Position numbers and translations under genes: made by a program
The notes under the pieces: generated by a model
The model's database searches: none
What the model was told of the DNA's origin: nothing
What the model saw: the letters and a program-made list of their open reading frames with translations, nothing else
In this document: positions 23,131 to 35,400 of the stretch, piece by piece
Position numbering within the stretch: position 1 is the first letter of the stretch
Layout of the letters: every line of letters starts with the position of its first letter
DNA from: Cenococcum geophilum
Lineage: Eukaryota
DNA length: 64,000 nt
NCBI GenBank assembly: GCA_050273025.1
Contig: CP158635.1
Coordinates: 6,882,001 to 6,946,000, forward strand
Direction: 5' to 3'

Positions 23131-26100
23131 TGTAAGCTTTTGCAGTGTGGGTATTGAACGAGTGACTTGATTGTAAATCTATGGAAATCAAGTGATATAA
23201 ATACATGAAAGTAGATCCCTAACTCCAAAGCCTATGAGTCATTTCAACAATATCCGAGACATACGAGGGTAGTGCTGACGCTAGTAAAATAGGGTAATAC
23301 GCAAGGTCCAGTAGTCGGTTACACACACCCCCAGATTTAACGGTGTAGTTAAAGCCGTAGAAAGCAAAATGAAGATAGAAAATTGTACCAAAATAGGAAA
23401 TTTAGATACAAATTTAGGAGTGGTAAAGGGTAGGGTAATGGTGCTGGTTGAATGGAAATTGCTTCAATTGTATCTGAGATATCGTCTTAAAGTCTTTGTG
23501 AAGTGGTTCAATCTGTACTCGAGGTAGTCATTTAAGCTGTAGTCGAGGTAGATCTTTAATCCGTAATCGAGGTAGTCATTTAATCTATAATCGAGGTAGA
23601 TCTAGGAAGCTGCTTAATTGCATTAACGTGCTTATAGAAGCTGCTCAATCGCATTGACGTGCTTATGAAATTTAAATAGAATTTAACCAGTGCTAAACAT
23701 GGTAGCATTATAGGTTGATATTTGTAGAAGCTGGGGTTGTTTTAGAATCAAAATTAATTATAGACTCTATGTTCTCTGTTTTTAGTTCTTCTTCTATATC
23801 TTTTTAGATTTAATTAACTATACATTTAACCTAGGGTGTAGACGAGATCATTTTATCTATTTTCTTTTGCATGTCTAGGTTTAGTTCCCATCCTTAAGGG
23901 CGCTTCTGCTTAATAATATAGTAGCAGTCGTCGTATTAATGTGTGAGGCCGTATATGCATTTATTATGCCATGTTAAATTAGAATTGGTATCTAAATTGG
24001 AGTTGTTTTAAAGAGTTGCAAAGGCAGAGTAATTGGCAGTAGTGGTAGGAGATGCTTGCTGCATGCGGTAGAGTTCTTTAAATTCTTTAATTAGGTCGAT
24101 AATAGATAGGGCATCTTTATCCTTCCGTTCTTTGCAAATAAGATCTATATCTAGTACTCCTGTAAAGCTAGAAGAGATAGGTTTAATTGCTTAAATAAAA
24201 TCATAGTGTGGTCTAAATCCTTATATATCTAGTAGGTCTAATTATTCCGCAAGCTTATAGATATTCCTAGGGTGGGCGAAAATCAGTATCGATTAGATTG
24301 ATACGATAAGCGATATCATATCATATCATATCATATCATATCATATTAATTGAATTTTTTGATTAACCCTACTAAATAAGCGACCATAGGGAATTCTACT
24401 AATATCCTTAACTTTCCTACCAATTTCTACCCTATTTATTTATACTTTTTCTTATATAAGATACTATAAAATAAAATAAAAATAGTAAAAAAGAGAGGAG
24501 ACCTAGTAGTTAAATTTCAGTAGCTTTTATCTATTCCTTATTATCCTCTAGTTCTATAATCCGATCCTTACCCTCTAGTGCTCCCGCCGCCGTCACTATA
24601 GGCTAAGAATTTTTATTATATAACGAACATTGAGCTCTATGATCCCGCTACTTATAATTTCCATAGCACCTACTATAGAACCCTAGGAGACTCCTATATT
24701 TAGTAAAGGGGCGAGGGCCCACCGGACGACGTGGAGTCGCCATATAAGCCTCGCAGAACTAGCATTAATTAGCTTTCTATCTTGTACGAGTAATATAGGT
24801 TACTTATAGTTATATTTAGAGATCCACGGCTTTAAATTAGAATTGCATTTATATATAAAGGCCTCCCTATCCGCACTTGCTTCTCTAATATACCCCCCAC
24901 CTAAACCTTTATATTAATCGCCGGTAAAGCTTCTACCCTCTTCTGGTTATCCTAAGGCTAATTAGTTATAGGTATATTATACGGAGAGGAGAGTTTACTT
25001 ACAGTATGGTAATGTTGCCTAAGAATATCTTATATGGTAGGACGGGAAGTATACCAAATAATTATATTGCCCGATTCCCAATAAAGGACAATATTAGTAG
25101 GATTTAAACTTATAATCTATTAAGTTTAAAGTTAATATATATTTACCTATGCCACCTATACGCCTTTAGTGGTTACCTTTTACCTAAAACTATTTTATTT
25201 ATATATCTTATACCCTTCCCCTTAGCGTTGTATAATATATCTCTTATATACCTTTCTTTATACAACCACTATATTTCTTTTAAAATCCTACTCCGGTGCC
25301 AGCTCTTTATACACTCTATCTTCTTAAGGTTTTGTAATCTAAGCTGCATTCTTTCCTATAATACTGTATAACGCCCTCCTAAAAATACTTTCTCTGGTTT
25401 GTTACTTATAGCTAGAATTAAAAGTACCTCTTTTATAAAAAGGGAAAGCCGCAGCCAGCGCTTTATTTGTTGTTCTTAAGACCACTACTAAAGTGGAGAA
25501 ACTTTAATTTTGTACGGTGCTTTAGAGCAGTAGTTATCGTACTTATCCTAGCTTGCTAGTTAAATAACCTTTTTATTTAACTTATTTATAATTTAATCGT
25601 ACTTATTAAGTTCCTTATACTTATCTTATAATAGCTTATTGTATAATACTATTTAAAGAGAAGGTTTCTCTAATTCTTGGTATATTTCCCAGAGCCGTTA
25701 GACCTTTAAAAGCATTATTTTCTACCACTCCTTCTTCTAAAATGTTTTAATATACTTTGTATAATAATTTAGGTGAAGAATAAGCGCAGCGGCGTAAAGA
25801 GGCGAGTTATCTGTCCTCTGGTAGTACTCGTTAAACTTTACCTATATATTCTTTACTTAAAGTAAAAAAGCTTTATTTAATTTAAAGAGTACCTATTATA
25901 TAATATTAGCTTTAGCTTAAATAAAGTAGTTAGAAGAAGAGTTATATAAGAGAGTTCTCTATATATTTAATAAGTACATCCATTATAAAGAGTACTCGAT
26001 TAAGTGTTGCGTAATCCCCTTATATCTCTAATATTGCACGGTAGAATGGCTTTAGAAAGGTATAAATTATATAAAGAAGCTTCTAGTCTTATAGCGAGAT

Positions 26101-28604
26101 ATAATCCTCCTTAAGTATATTAAAGTTGCTCTTAATATAGTTATTAATTCCTAACTCGTGCTTAAGTAAGACGCTTAGCATTTAATACTAGCTATTCCAC
26201 CTTATATAATTATTAAGTGGAAATTGTCTTCCAACTAAAGTCTTAAACTCCTTTATATAACTTGCTAAGGCATAAAAGTATATTATAATATTATAAAGCT
26301 TGCCAAGTGGGCCCATTGCTCGGAAAGCCTGTTTCTGCTTAATCTCTTCCTTATAAGTTTGCTCCTTTCCGCTTACGTCGTTCCTTTTATATAATTTAAT
26401 AGCCTTAAGTTTAAGAGTATCTTTAAAGAGGAAGGCCTGGATGGCGAAATTAATAGTATGCCCTTAGCAGCGGATATATTACTGGATAGGATCCCAGGTA
26501 ATATTCTTATTATCAGCGAGATACTTATGGATTATACGACAAAGAGTATCATTTGTTATAGAATTATCTGCAATAATAGCTCTAAGCTTTTATACAATTC
26601 TATACTCCTCTAGGACTAGGAGAAGAGTATTTTATTATTTAGCTCCACTGTAACTAGGTACTGTATAAAGGGTAAAAAGAGCTTTTATCTGGTTTTCCTG
26701 GCTATTAATAAAGTGGGCGCAGACTGCAAGAAGAAGGTGGTTATTTAGAGATGTCTAGATATCGATAAAAAGATAAATACTTGTTAATACTGATTAAACT
26801 CGTTTTCGTATAATATCTTTCTATAACTAGAAGGAATAGGTAATCATTTAAGAAATTTCTATATATATTATTGTTATTAAATTAGACGACTTTAGGTTAA
26901 GAGCCTAACAGAAGACATGGAATTCTTCCCACTCTATAATCCGAAATGGAAGGTTTTGTATAATAACTAGGTTAATAAGAGCCTACCAAATAACTTCCTT
27001 ATTTAGAACCTTCGTAAGAATCATAGAATTAACTTCGTCTGTCCTAAAATCTAATGCTATTTATACCTAAAGTTCCTTAAGCTTTTTAAATGCTTACTTC
27101 TTCGTATAAGGCTGTTTTAAGTTAATAGAGATTACGTGGTCTTTAGCAAGGTGTCTTTTTATATTTATAGTTAATAATACTAAGTAGCTTTCGCACTAAT
27201 TGCAGTATATAAGCCTTTGTTTCTTTTTATTGTATATTAGCTCGTTCTTATATAGTGGGCGAGTAAATTCATAGACTAGAGATTAAAGCTGAGCCTATTG
27301 TATGCCAGAGCTCTTAATTAAGCTAGGAGTATTTTTAAGAAGAGATAAATCCGCTTTTAAAGCCATATTTCATACAATATTGTAGTAGAAAGGCAGTAAA
27401 TTTAATAAAAGAAATTTTTATGGGAATGCCAAGAGAATATTACGATACTTTGATCGATACGAGATATCGTATTGATCGTCGATCGTATCGAGATAAGATT
27501 AGATTTTTGCCTACCCTGGATATTCCGCTAGCTATTTAACTATTTATTAATGCTCTGTGTTGTATTGTAGGTTTTTAGAGCCGTGTATTAATTAAGGACG
27601 TTGTGCTTTTAACCTAATGTAGTAGGGGCAAGTGCAGTCTTTAATACTTAAAGCCGTTCGTGTACCGTTTTAAGACCGTTAATAAGGGGAAGGTAGGCTA
27701 CCAATGTAGAGCGAACGATATAGTTGCTAATACCGTTTATAGCCTATTCTTGCTTCTTGTATATACGGAGATCGTCTTTATATTTGGCGTATAGCTAACT
27801 GTAAACAGCGAATTGGTTTTAGTCTAGCTGGGCTATTAATATGGCCGTAGGTAGTACGTCTTTTAGTAAGGATCGATTCGGTAGTTCCAGTTTTGGAAGC
27901 TCGTCTTTCTTCTTAGATAGGTCGATGTACTGCCATACCTTATTGGTTTTAGCAGTGTCTTAGATAATAAAGAACCATTGAATCCAATCAGATAGCTTGT
28001 TAAGGATAAGGTTAATTTTTAATTCGGTAAAGGTCGTCATTTTTTGGAATTTAATAGGTCAAGAAGGGTCCAGGTTAAGGTCCAGCTAGTGTCTTAGCGT
28101 AACCTTATTTGGACGTTCCGAACTTTTAATTTGATTCGTCAGTTCGTCCGTCGGTCGGTCGTACGGTCGGGGGTTGTACGGTAGGTCGCGATTCGGTTCG
28201 ATCGATGTTCGATATATTTAATATTCAACGTAATTAATGTTCGATATGTTCGACGTTCGATGTTCAATATTTAATTTAATTGATGTTCTATCGTCCGTCT
28301 ATTTGGTAAATGAAGAAGCTCAAGACGCTTATAAAGGTGGAAGGAGTAGTGACTTCTTAAATAAGGTAGTAGATTAATTGCTTAGCAGGTAGTGCGATCC
28401 GAGCTTATAACTGTAAGCTTTTGCAGTATAGGTATTAAACGAGCGACTTAATTGTAAATCTATGGAAATCAAGTGATATAAATATATAAAAGTAGACTCC
28501 TAACTTCGAAGCCTATAAGTCATTTCAACCATATCCAAGACATACGAGGGTAGTGCTAACGCTAGTGAAATAGGGTAATATACAAGGTCTAGTAGTCGGT
28601 TATA
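23131..28604 (-). mobile_element. Non-autonomous gag-only Copia-type LTR element
   Basis: 193-bp LTRs 23131-23323 and 28412-28604, TSD GTAAA, Copia-like GTTATAAGCTC next to the right LTR on the minus strand, PPT next to the left LTR. Gag-like frame MTTFTELKINLIL...WQYIDLS from 28040, with no pol recognised. Confidence 0.85.
24268..27518 (-). mobile_element. hAT DNA transposon (RIP-mutated)
   Basis: TIRs (T/C)AGGGTGGGCGAAAATC ... GATTTTTGCCTACCCTG and a perfect 8-bp TSD GATATTCC. Minus-strand transposase remnants DI*TSLNNHLLLAVCAHF and IRC*GHTINFAIQAFLF. Subterminal (ATATC)n at about 24313-24345. Confidence 0.9.
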
Positions 28605-29065
28605 GTAAACTAAAAGGACTCTATACTCCTAACTTAGTTCTAAAAGGACTAGGTTTAAGAAAGGCAATACTATAGTTATCTCCCTTACTAGAACTAGGTC
28701 CGTTAATATAGTTAAATTAATTATTAAGTTAGAGCTCCTTAACGGAGTTAAGGGACTTATTAGCGTTAGCGCTAGCCTTTAAGAAGGCGATAGATCTATA
28801 TAGAGATATATAATAGTACGCCACTATATTTTAAATAACCAATACACCTACTATAAAGGACGTAGAAAAGGCGCTATAAGCCTTTAAAAAGGCAGCCTAG
28901 AAATTAACTACTAACTCCCTCTTAACAGGTAGGGAGACTATAATACCATTAATTGCTAAAAGCAATAATAAGGACTATAACGATTAAGATAATATTAATT
29001 TAGATAATAATAAAGTCTACTAAATTAACTAACAGCTTAAGGGGGGTATAGATATAGAGGCTGCT

Positions 29066-29290
29066 TGTTAGCAACTCAGTCAATCGAGGTACGAGTACGG
29101 CAAGAGGGACGCGCAAGCCTATACGATTGGTAGTCTATAAACGAGGATCCAAAGCTAGAGAAAAGAAGGAGAAGAATAGCAGCGCCGCTCGATGTTTTAT
29201 GCGGTCCTTAAGTCACGTGACTCGCGTCTACCATAATCCACGTCTGCCAAGATCCACCGTTATCCACCGTTTTCCACCAGCGCCGTAACA
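29066..29290. mobile_element. Solo LTR (225 bp)
   Basis: TGTTAG...GTAACA termini with 5-bp TSD CTGCT on both sides. Confidence 0.88.
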
Positions 29291-32200
29291 CTGCTAAACT
29301 AAAGGAGCTTTCTATTAGAGTAAATACTTATAACTAAAAGAAGAAGGTCTTCTATATAGTAATTACATTCTCGTCTTATATATAGATACAGCTAGCTCCT
29401 CTAAAACCTTATCTAGAAGCTCTATATAAAATTAAAATACCGCGAATATTAAAGGAGGCTCTATAGTTACCAGAAGCTACTTACTGGCGTTAAGTACTAA
29501 TAGTTAAAATAACTTAATACTAGAAAGCTAAGACGTATTAATTAGTTAAGAGACTAAAGGGCGTATAAATACTACTATTAAAGTTTGTATTTAACTTTAA
29601 ATATAATATATTTAAAGAGGTGATTTGGTATAAGGCATAGTAGGTTATATATAGTAACTACTAAGTAGCAAATATTAACTACAACCGTATATATACCGTG
29701 GTAATGACCTTAACTACATATAGGATCCTACTAGCATTAATTGCGGTGTATAACCTAGAGGCTTACTAGATTAATATTATTACGGCCTTTCTAAATAGCT
29801 TTATAAGGAAGTACTCTATATATATATAACAGCTAAAAGGATTTAAAGACGACAACCGTATACTAGTCCATCTATTGCTAAAGGCGATATATAGCCTTAA
29901 ATAAGCACCTCTACTATAGTATAACACCTTAATGGTGTTACGGAGTAAGTATAAGCGACGATAATATATAGTAAGGTAGATATTATTAAGCTATGTACAT
30001 AAACTATATAAGGAGGTTAAGACGTTACGTAAGGAAAGAAGGTAGGAAAACGGGAAGAAAGGGTATATATTGTGGACTTGGTTACTTAGTTAATATATAT
30101 ACGAAGTAGAATAGGATTTAGGTAGTGGTCTTGGCAGAACTTAGCAGAATTTAGTAGAACTTAGTAGAACTTAGTAGAATATAGCAGAATACGGCAGATT
30201 GCCGTTAGATTGCTATAGATTGCGGTAAATTATAGTCTTATAGTCGGTCTCTAATTACTAAGTTAATGGAAATAGGTGGACGTATATAAGGTATTACGGG
30301 GGTGTCCCATAATAGTACCCCCCCTTTAAACTTAAGCTTCTGCAAGATAGGGCTATAGTAGTTTTAAGTAGAGTTTATAAAAGTCTTCTATAGCTTATAT
30401 AAGTCCTATAGAGTTAATGGGTTCCTATAAGGGCTTAGTAAAGCCTCTCTATTTTATATGGTATATATATTAGCGTTTCCGCTTATTATATTTAATATTA
30501 TTAATTCTTTTAACGAAGTACTTATTCTCGCCATCCACTTTAACTAGTAGGGGAGGGTCCTATATTTATCTAAGCAGGGCATTTAATATAGGAGTAATAG
30601 GGCGGAGGACTAACGTATAGAATATGGGGTGGATTTTAACCGTATTAGGGAGCTTTAGTTAATAGGCGTAAGAGAAAACAACCTTCTTCTAATTAAGTTT
30701 CTTAATAGGTTATTTTGTATTTAGATTTCTTATATTTAGCCAGATAAAGTTACTAATTTAATAGGCCGGTGCTAGGGTTTATTTTTATTCGCTACGGCTT
30801 TATAGACAGATTAGGCCCATATTATTTTATTAGTAAGGAACCGTTATAGTTCCTTTATCTTTTTTATAAATTTATTTGCTTCTATAACTTATAAGGCGTA
30901 ATAAGCGGGGCGAGGAATATTACTAAAGGGTTTAAAACCTATTTATAAATACTAGCCGTAATTAGCTAGGAATAGGAAGACTTTTATAGTTTCTAAGATA
31001 GAATTATTTATAGTAAACCTAGTAAATGTAAGCTAGTTAATCTAGTTATCTTATAAATATAATATGTATATCCAGATATACTGTTCCATTATAGCGTTTA
31101 TATATTCTATTTAACTATCTATTTCCGGGTAATATATAGTAGACAGCAGTACTTTAATGCGGAGTTAAGTAGTTAGTTCTTTTTAAAATATAGAGATAAA
31201 CTAGTTACCTTTATTGGAGATAATTGTTTTAGGGAGTCTATGGAGTTTCTATATATAATTTAGGAATAGTTAGGCAACGATAGGTATTAACATATTAGGG
31301 CAGGCGATTAAGTGTCTTATCTTAGATAGTTAGTCTATAACTACTATAATATTTATATAGCCTTTACTTATAGGGAGATTAATAATAAAGTTAATTAAGA
31401 TATCCTTTTATCTTTAGTTCGGAACAGGCAGTGGCTTTAGAAGGCTGTTGTATATCTTATATAAAGCTTTAGCTTATCGGCAGATATAGCAGCTAAAGAT
31501 ATACCTTTATATTATATTATATATGTTCGGCTAGTAGTACTCTTATTAGAGTAGCTCTAAAGTTTTCCCTTAGCCTAGGTAGCCGGCTACTAGTAGATTA
31601 TATATATATTTAAGGAGTTTAAGCTTAAGTTTATTGTAGTTAGGTATAACTAAGCGGTTCTAATAATATAAGCGGTTTCCGCAAGCTTTATATTTACTTA
31701 AAGAAATCTTTTTAGAGTGTCTAATGCTATCTTATATTAGCTTAAGCGTCTTTTAAATAAACTCGTTATTTAGGTATTCGTTAATTATAATCTATTTAAT
31801 TAATCAATTGGTTATTTTAAGGACATATACTATAAGGTTTTTAGTAGGAGGGTTAAATAGTTTAGGACGAAGTAGGGTCTAATTTTAGTAAGAGCATACT
31901 TCTTCTAATATTGGCGCGTCTTATGAGCGTTAGGTTAGGGTATTAGGCTTTTAACCTTAGACGCCTAGGCGGTACGTAATTAAGAATTAGAAGCGTAATA
32001 GATATTCTAACTAGCGGGCCTAATAATAACTTAGCTATTTTATAGTTATAAAGTATTATAGGTTCTTATAGTCGCTAGGACCTTAATTAGAAATCCAGCG
32101 TCTTCTAGTTTAAGTTGCCATTGCTTAAAGTATCTAATGATAGCTAGTAATTCTTTATTATAGATCTTATAATTAAATTTAGTAGGGCTTAGTTGCTTTA

Positions 32201-32484
32201 AGAAGTATACTATAGGGTATAATACTCCTTCTTCGTTGTATTAAGACAGAATACCTCTAGTAATATAATTAAATAAGTTAGCTTCTATAACACTTATTTA
32301 TTCTAGGTTAAAGTATTAGAGTATAGGTACAGTAGTAAATATAACCTTTAGATAAGTAAAGGCCTTCTTATATTCCTTATTAAAGATAAAAGCTTTATTT
32401 TTTTAGGTTAGAGTAATAAGGGGTAAAACTAGGGCAGAGAAGTTATTAATAAACCGTTAGTAGAAATTAGTAAATCCTATAAAG

Positions 32485-35400
32485 TGTAAGAGGCTAGTTT
32501 AACTGGAACATATAATTATCTAATTAATAGTATAGAATAAGAGTTATAGGTAAGTAGAAGATAAGTTAAGGTAGAACAATCTTTACGTATAAAGGACAAA
32601 AGCTTTCTAACCTCTTCTATTTAGAGACTAATTACTAGTTCTTCTCTAGAGGAGAACTAGCTCCCTATATAATCCTTTTAAAACGCTAGTAAAACCCTTC
32701 GCCCCTTATCTATCTAACCGTGTCTCCTAGGATGTAGATAAAACATAAATAGGATATAGATAAAACCTTCTATTATCTTATCTAATATATACCTTTTAGG
32801 GGATTCCGTTATAATTGCCTCCCCTTTAAGAGTTTTAGTCCTCTAAGACTTCGCCTCTACTAAACTTTTATAGAGTTCCGGCTAAAACCACTAGGGAAGA
32901 TTCTTAGTAGAAAGGTACTCTATAATGCGGCTTATAGCTAGTTCTTCGCTAGCGTAAAACCTTACTTTATCTTTAATTCCTCTACTCTTCTTCCACTATA
33001 GCTCTTTATAATACCTTTATAATAGAACTAAAATAATAATAATAAAAATTAGATGGGATTTACCTTTCTTATTATAAGAGTTTATTATAAGTTAATTTAG
33101 AGGTTGTCCTATATAACGCGTTTATAAGCTACTATCTCTATTTACCTAAAATAGGTTCTAATAATAACGTCTTTATTTTAATTTTCCTCCAGTTTATAAG
33201 CTATCGCCTTTTATACGTCTTTTTATTAACAATACTATTCGTCTCGCCTTTTAGTAAACTGTTTTTATTATATCTTAGCTTTTAGCTTCCATATCTTTAG
33301 CTATTCTTTTATAACTACTCTATTCTCTTCTTATAATATATCTATAAGCAATAAGATCCCTATTTTATCTCTATTAACGATACTAACTTCCTATAGTATT
33401 CTCTTATAATAGCTTATAGTCGTGCTACGCGTCCCCAGACCGGCAGCGGTATTATTTTAGTACCACCCTAGACCACCTCTATTGCTCCTACGGTAATCTC
33501 TCTAAAGTACTACTATTATTACGTTTACGCGCTTATACTAGACCCATCCCACGCCTATAAGATACCTTACTCTAGTAAAAACAAATCTAAGTATTTATAT
33601 TGCCGTAGTAGGAGAAAAACCTACGTTCTAGTATTTTCCATTTTATCCTATTCTAAATTTCACTAATTATATTAAATCCCCGCTATCTATATATATAAGA
33701 CTCGCAAGCTCTATTACGCTATCTAGGATTTCCGCCTATATTTAAATAGTAATAAATAGGGATAGAAGGTATCCACCCTTACTTATAGGCTCTTTAATTT
33801 AATAAGGGTCTCTACTACTATAGAGACGTAATAATCTTAGATATATAGTATTTAAGAGCGTATATACGAGCAGCTTACCCTTATAAATAATAATATTCGC
33901 ACTCTTACGCGGGCCTTTTTAGCTAGGTAAATTTCTCTAGTAATATATTTAGGAACTATACTAATTTTCTTAGCTAACGGCTTTTAAATCCCTACTTAGA
34001 TGCTAATTTAGAGCCTAGGGATACTAAGAATAGCAATAAAAGTTAAGATAAACGTTCTTCTTACCGGTCTTCCGCCTGTGCTAGTCCTTCTAGTTCCCGT
34101 TATACTAAGAAGAATATTAGTAAAAGTGCTAATACTTCTAGGGATAGAAGTACTAATAATACCGTTAATAATAACATTAAAATAGAAGAGGAGGAGGCTC
34201 CTATTACTACTGCCGGTATTTAAGTTATTATTTAGTTCTTTCCTTCTTCTTATAAAATAGCTTTATATAGTACTTCTTAGGTGCCCCTAGGATGCCCTAT
34301 TATTAGGAATTAACTTTATACTTTAGGGATGCCCTTATTCTAAGCTTTAGTAGCAATTTATATAAAGGCAGTGCACTACTATAATCCCTATATATAATAA
34401 ACGGGTAGTATTCCTATAGGTGCTTTATAATTTCTTAAAATTTTTAATTCTTTATAGGCTATCTTTTTGCTCCTCTTTATACTATTAACTCTATTACGTA
34501 TCTCCGGTACTAGACCAGATACTCTCCTTTTATCCCTAAGGGGTCTTTCTAAATCCCCAAGACCTCTTCTTATATTACTACTACTCGTTATTAAACGGCG
34601 TCTTCTTTAGATAGTATCTCCAGTAGTTCTCCTATAGATCTTATAGGCTTCCCCTTATAGGGTTTTAGGATCCCTATTATAATAGCAAAATATTTCCGTT
34701 CTTAATACCTATGCTTAACCTTATAGTTTTAATTTATAGGGTCTTCTCTATTATCTTATTTATAGCGTATCCGGAACCGTTACTAAATCTTTACCTTTAG
34801 TCCTTAGGAAGGTTTTAATTACTATATTACATCCTAGCTAAAGGTGCTCCTTAGGTTCCCAACTATTATATACCTAAAAGTATCTTTCCTAATAAACTAA
34901 AAATTTGCGCTTCTTTTAGCGCTATCTTTAGTTTAAAATATCTTCTACATTCCATTCTAGTTCCCTATTAATTTCGCTAGGTAGTAGCGGTTCTATACTA
35001 TCTCTTCTCTAGTATAGCTTTAGTAAGGAAACATAAAATATAGGATATATTAGATATAATTTTAGCAATTCTAATTTATAGGCTTAATTTCCTTTAGTTT
35101 TCCTAACTATCTTAAAGGGTCTAAGCTACTGGTAATCTAGCTTCTTTTTAATACGCTTTATTCGGATATTTTTTTTATAAATAGTAAGACTTTGTCTCCT
35201 ATCTTAAATTCTTTTAGCATATATTTTTTATTATAGTACCTTTTTTATATAGCCTAGGCGTCTAGTAAGTGCTTTTTAAGTTCTTCTTTATAAATTCTTA
35301 TTTACTTAATTCTCTTGGATGCTGCTGGTGCCTTTCTTTTAGGAATAATATCCTTAACGTTCTAGGGGTTATTTGCTTTTACCCCAAATAATACTTTATA

